NCBI GenBank assembly: GCA_017992455.1
Contig: JAGOOP010000006.1
Location: forward strand, 1,707-65,706
Source of the DNA: Candidatus Omnitrophota bacterium
GTDB lineage: Bacteria; Omnitrophota; Gorgyraeia; Gygaellales; Profunditerraquicolaceae
DNA: 64,000 nucleotides
Reading direction: 5' to 3'
A model generated the notes under the pieces. It worked only from the letters and a program-made list of their open reading frames with translations, had not been told where the DNA came from and ran no database searches. Position numbers and translations under genes: made by a program. Below are positions 61,299-64,000 of the stretch, piece by piece (positions within the stretch are counted from its first letter, which is position 1; each line of letters begins with the position of its first letter).

Positions 61299-61307
61299 AT
61301 TATATCA
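61299..61307 (-). promoter_or_regulatory. Extended -10 promoter (TGATATAAT)
   Basis: The minus strand reads ctgTGaTATAATcg, between repeat copies B and A and upstream of the SD/uORF/radical SAM gene. Confidence 0.45.
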
Positions 61308-61314
61308 CAGCACA

Positions 61315-61369
61315 GGGGAACAGGTCCACCGTTTTAGTCTCGTCGAAAAAAAGTGGCAGAACTGGCCCC
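61315..61369 (+). repeat. 53-55-bp repeat family, copy B
   Basis: ggggaacaggtccaccgttttagtctcgtcgaaaaaaagtggcagaactggcccc. It differs from copy A at only a few positions and lies 5 nt after the ORF6N stop. Confidence 0.8.
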
Positions 61370-61374
61370 TTTCA

Positions 61375-61896
61375 CTAATCCCGATTGAACCCGATCGGCG
61401 GCTTCTTCGGTTCCGGCGGCTCCGGCTGCGGCGGCACCGGCTCCAGCAGCTTCTTGATCGCCTCAAAAACGACGAAGAATTTCCTATCATACTTACGCTC
61501 CATCTCATCTATCTTTCGTTTTAACCCCACATAAGTTAAACCTACTCTGCGCATCATTACAAAAGCGCGCATGATTTGAATGTTGACCTTAACAGCTCGT
61601 TCGCTATGCAGCACACTCGAAAGCATCGCTCCCCCTTCCTGGGTAAACGCAAAGACATTCGGGGCATGTTTTATCCGTGAACTTATCACAATTTGTGATA
61701 AGTTCATTATCTCCTGACGGCTTAAAGAAAACAGAAAATCTTCAGGGAAACGATCAATATTGCGTCTAACCGCCTGATTTAACGCACGAGTTTGAACGCC
61801 GTATAGCTTTGCGAGGTCCATATCCAACATTACTCGCTTTCCTCGCAATTCATAAATCTTACTAGCTAGAAGATCCGGTGAAATGATATTGTTCAT
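61375..61896 (-). CDS. ORF6N domain-containing protein (KilA-N-related DNA-binding, phage/mobile-element associated)
   Basis: Start moved to ATG 61896 (MNNIISPDLLASKIYELRGKRVMLDMDLAKLYGVQTRALNQAVRRNIDRFPEDFLF...; SD AAAGGAGAG). Pro/Glu-rich C-terminus. Confidence 0.85.
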   Translation of the reverse strand: MNNIISPDLLASKIYELRGKRVMLDMDLAKLYGVQTRALNQAVRRNIDRFPEDFLFSLSRQEIMNLSQIVISSRIKHAPNVFAFTQEGGAMLSSVLHSERAVKVNIQIMRAFVMMRRVGLTYVGLKRKIDEMERKYDRKFFVVFEAIKKLLEPVPPQPEPPEPKKPPIGFNRD

Positions 61897-61920
61897 ATTC
61901 TCTCCTTTCTTGTTTATCTT

Positions 61921-62024
61921 GATATCACAATTTGTGATATCAAGTCTGCAACTTATTGCAATATAGAATGTTGTGAATTTGAAGTGACAATTTGGCACTT
62001 CAAGATATCACAGTTTGTGATATC
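61921..62024. promoter_or_regulatory. Array of three 21-bp palindromic operators upstream of ORF6N
   Basis: gatatcaca-att-tgtgatatc (61921-61941), gaagtgaca-att-tggcacttc (61981-62001, one mismatch) and gatatcaca-gtt-tgtgatatc (62004-62024). A fourth, ttatcaca-att-tgtgataa, lies inside the CDS at 61683-61701. Confidence 0.7.
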
Positions 62025-62077
62025 CTCTAGTCTAATAGACGCGCGAAAGAAGAATCTCTCACACAAATATTACAAAC

Positions 62078-62103
62078 AAAAAAGCGCCGATTCTATTCGG
62101 CGC
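62078..62103 (-). terminator. Intrinsic terminator
   Basis: The minus-strand RNA GCGCCGA-auagaa-UCGGCGC has a 7-bp perfect stem and is followed by UUUUUU. It lies downstream of the PHP-kinase gene. Confidence 0.7.
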
Positions 62104-62118
62104 CTCAATCCCCCCCAA

Positions 62119-62173
62119 GGGGACACTTTTGCCCGTTTTTGTCGACGAGCCCGATTCAGCGGACCTGTCCCCC
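62119..62173 (-). repeat. 53-55-bp repeat family, copy C (inverted relative to A and B)
   Basis: The reverse complement reads gggggacaggtccgctgaatcgggctcgtcgacaaaaacgggcaaaagtgtcccc. It overlaps the last codons (GGQVR-stop) of 62156-63682. Confidence 0.75.
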
Positions 62174-63682
62174 TCGCTCTATGGCGCTGTAAAGCTTTTG
62201 AGATTCTTCCACTAAAAAATCCATATCCGGGCTTTCACCCTTGCCCACTTTTATGAGGAACGACGCTATGCTCAGGTTGGCGCGCAGCCTGAACAGGTCT
62301 ATGAGTTGGCTCGAGACTTCACCCTTGTGCCCGGCAAAATCCCGGTACGCCTTGACAAAATCTTTAACGGGATAATTTTTTGCTATGTTGGGAACCTCGC
62401 TGTACTGATACAGGAACTGAGAAATAAAATATCCGACGTCGAATTCCGGCGGCATAGAAAGGGCGCTGTCGAAATCTATGACGGACACGTAGAGGGTCTT
62501 GATATCGCGCGCCCGGTCCTGGCCGATTATTATGTTCCTGGGATGGTAGTCTCCGTGGCAGAGCACGAACCCGTGCGTATCCTCATCGAATATTTTTCTC
62601 TCTTCGGCTTTGACCCGGTCGATGAATTGCTCCGCTTGTGCGCGATACGGGTTAGCCGTGGACGTGAATGAGCTCAAATACGAATCGAACCTGCGTTCTT
62701 CGCGTTTCATCGTGCGGCCCTGTCCCCCGTCGCTCAATTTAAGGCCGTGAAGTTTAGCCAGCCATTCCGCGGACAGCTTAAAATACTCGGAGCCTATCGC
62801 CGGATCCACATACGCGAGAGTATCAAAGAGAATGTTCCCCCTTTGCCCTTCCTCGATGATCAGCCGGTCATTTTCGTTGATGTCCAGAGTTTTGGGCACG
62901 CGGTACTTGCCCGCATTGAAGCCGCAGGCATAAAGCGTTTCTCTTATTTTCAAGGAATCTCTGGCCTCCTGCCATTTTTTCTTGTCAGAGAACTGTTTCG
63001 TTATGAGCCTGTTCCGGACTTCGTCCTGGCCTTTGGTCCCCATCGTGATCTCGGTAACGACCAGGTTGCTGCCTGACCGGGGGATCTCCTTTACAAATGG
63101 GATGCATCTGCCTTTTTTGAGCTCTTCGATGAACTCTTCGATGCCGGTTATCGGGTGTAAAACCTGCGTTGAAAAAAGCCCCACATCTTTATCGTCGTGC
63201 GCATCGGTTCCGGCAACAGCGTTGAATTTATATTGATGCCAGAGCTGAAGAGCCAGGTAATTCTCCTGCGGCGTATGATTTATGTTGAATATTTCAACAG
63301 CGTCAAGCATCGGATTCAATAATTCGTCTTTCGAAGGGACTTTCCCGCCCCTGAACGGATGCGCCCAGACCAGGGCCGCGTTGGGGAACATTTTCCTGAG
63401 CTTTGCGAGATCGACCGGATCAGCCATGCTTTTGTCCGCGCCGTACACCAGGACATGGCCGATATCAGTTTTAACTTCCTGACCTGAAAGTATGACAAAT
63501 GAATTTTCGACTTCGCTTTCCCTCTTAAGATCGGCGAGTTCTTCAGGCGTCCATTGATAATGGTGCTCCGTTATGATAACTCCCTGCACTCCTTTTTTGC
63601 GGGCTCTTCGAACGATATCAACAGGATCGGCTTTGCTGCAGGAAGAGTGTTTTTTGGAATGCGCATGTATCTCTAATAACAT
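62156..63682 (-). CDS. Fusion protein: N-terminal PHP-domain phosphoesterase + C-terminal aminoglycoside-phosphotransferase/choline-kinase-like kinase
   Basis: 508 aa. MLLEIHAHSKKHSSCS...VIITEHH...WAHPF...AGTDAHD (PHP metal ligands). LCHGDYHPRNIII...VIDFDSA (APH/ePK-like catalytic loop). Confidence 0.8.
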   Translation of the reverse strand: MLLEIHAHSKKHSSCSKADPVDIVRRARKKGVQGVIITEHHYQWTPEELADLKRESEVENSFVILSGQEVKTDIGHVLVYGADKSMADPVDLAKLRKMFPNAALVWAHPFRGGKVPSKDELLNPMLDAVEIFNINHTPQENYLALQLWHQYKFNAVAGTDAHDDKDVGLFSTQVLHPITGIEEFIEELKKGRCIPFVKEIPRSGSNLVVTEITMGTKGQDEVRNRLITKQFSDKKKWQEARDSLKIRETLYACGFNAGKYRVPKTLDINENDRLIIEEGQRGNILFDTLAYVDPAIGSEYFKLSAEWLAKLHGLKLSDGGQGRTMKREERRFDSYLSSFTSTANPYRAQAEQFIDRVKAEERKIFDEDTHGFVLCHGDYHPRNIIIGQDRARDIKTLYVSVIDFDSALSMPPEFDVGYFISQFLYQYSEVPNIAKNYPVKDFVKAYRDFAGHKGEVSSQLIDLFRLRANLSIASFLIKVGKGESPDMDFLVEESQKLYSAIERGGQVR

Positions 63683-63740
63683 TGCCTTTGCCTCCGTCTA
63701 TGCATAATTCGATCGCCCGGCTGAGCGGGCCTTATCATAG

Positions 63741-64000
63741 TTAAAACCTTCTTGCAACCCCAACCAGGCCGGTCACTAAAACATCTTGTCCGACGATCGG
63801 ACTTTTTCTGATCCCGGAATCCGGGAATTCCACGCCCACCCTGGTCATCACGATCCAGTTTTTGTTGATGCCGAAGTTGAACATCACATCTGCGAAATAA
63901 TTGACCGCATGTCCCGGATCATACGCGGGACGATCGGTTGCGGCTTCGGCAGAGGTAACGCCGTAATAATAATCAACCATCTGGCTCGACTGCAACCGCG
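63741..64000 (-). CDS. MipA/OmpV family outer-membrane protein, C-terminal fragment; gene continues beyond 64000
   Basis: ...YYYGVTSAEAATDRPAYDPG...FPDSGIRKSPIVGQDVLVTGLVGVARRF. OMP-type C-terminal Phe. No start in the window. Confidence 0.7.
   Translation of the reverse strand, partial: RLQSSQMVDYYYGVTSAEAATDRPAYDPGHAVNYFADVMFNFGINKNWIVMTRVGVEFPDSGIRKSPIVGQDVLVTGLVGVARRF

Overview
This is a 64-kb stretch of a moderately GC-rich bacterial chromosome. By gene content it looks like a diderm, probably anaerobic, uncultured-type organism; that lineage guess is inference only. I call about 65 protein genes. All but two are on the minus strand, and they are tightly packed with many ATGA stop/start overlaps. 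No rRNA, tRNA or CRISPR array was found.

Main content:
1. Three loci are built around secreted FecR-domain proteins placed next to CHASE2 inner-membrane sensors and/or outer-membrane barrels. They are TpsB-like/FecR/barrel/CHASE2-cyclase at 1.8-7.8 kb, FecR plus STAS-RsbW-CHASE2:PP2C-STAS at 27.5-31.7 kb, and DUF748/TPR-barrel/tandem-FecR/receiver at 36.2-41.8 kb. A further TpsB-like gene runs off the left edge. This is my best candidate for an undescribed trans-envelope signalling system.
2. There is a very dense partner-switching network: 4 STAS proteins, 2 RsbW-type kinase domains and 3 PP2C phosphatases, including a kinase-cNMP-PP2C fusion. No sigma factor is present in the window, and the network is interleaved with glycogen and carbohydrate genes.
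3. Other clusters include C-type-lectin-fold proteins (2 FGE-sulfatase, one 4x DUF1566), a DJ-1/VOC/tautomerase cluster, a pseudopilin cluster, envelope-lipid genes (patatin, TamB-like, DUF748), metal-homeostasis genes and two radical SAM enzymes.
4. A REP/RAYT system is present. One RAYT-type tyrosine transposase is flanked by GGGGGACGCTTCCC repeats, and 12 copies of a related GGGACGGTTCTC repeat form hairpin terminators between transcription units.
5. An ORF6N gene is bracketed by ~55-bp inverted repeats and preceded by an array of palindromic operators.
6. Several genes shorter than 60 aa are absent from the ORF track, and five promoters have a leaderless-type geometry.

All functional calls come from motif recognition by eye. 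No database search was run.
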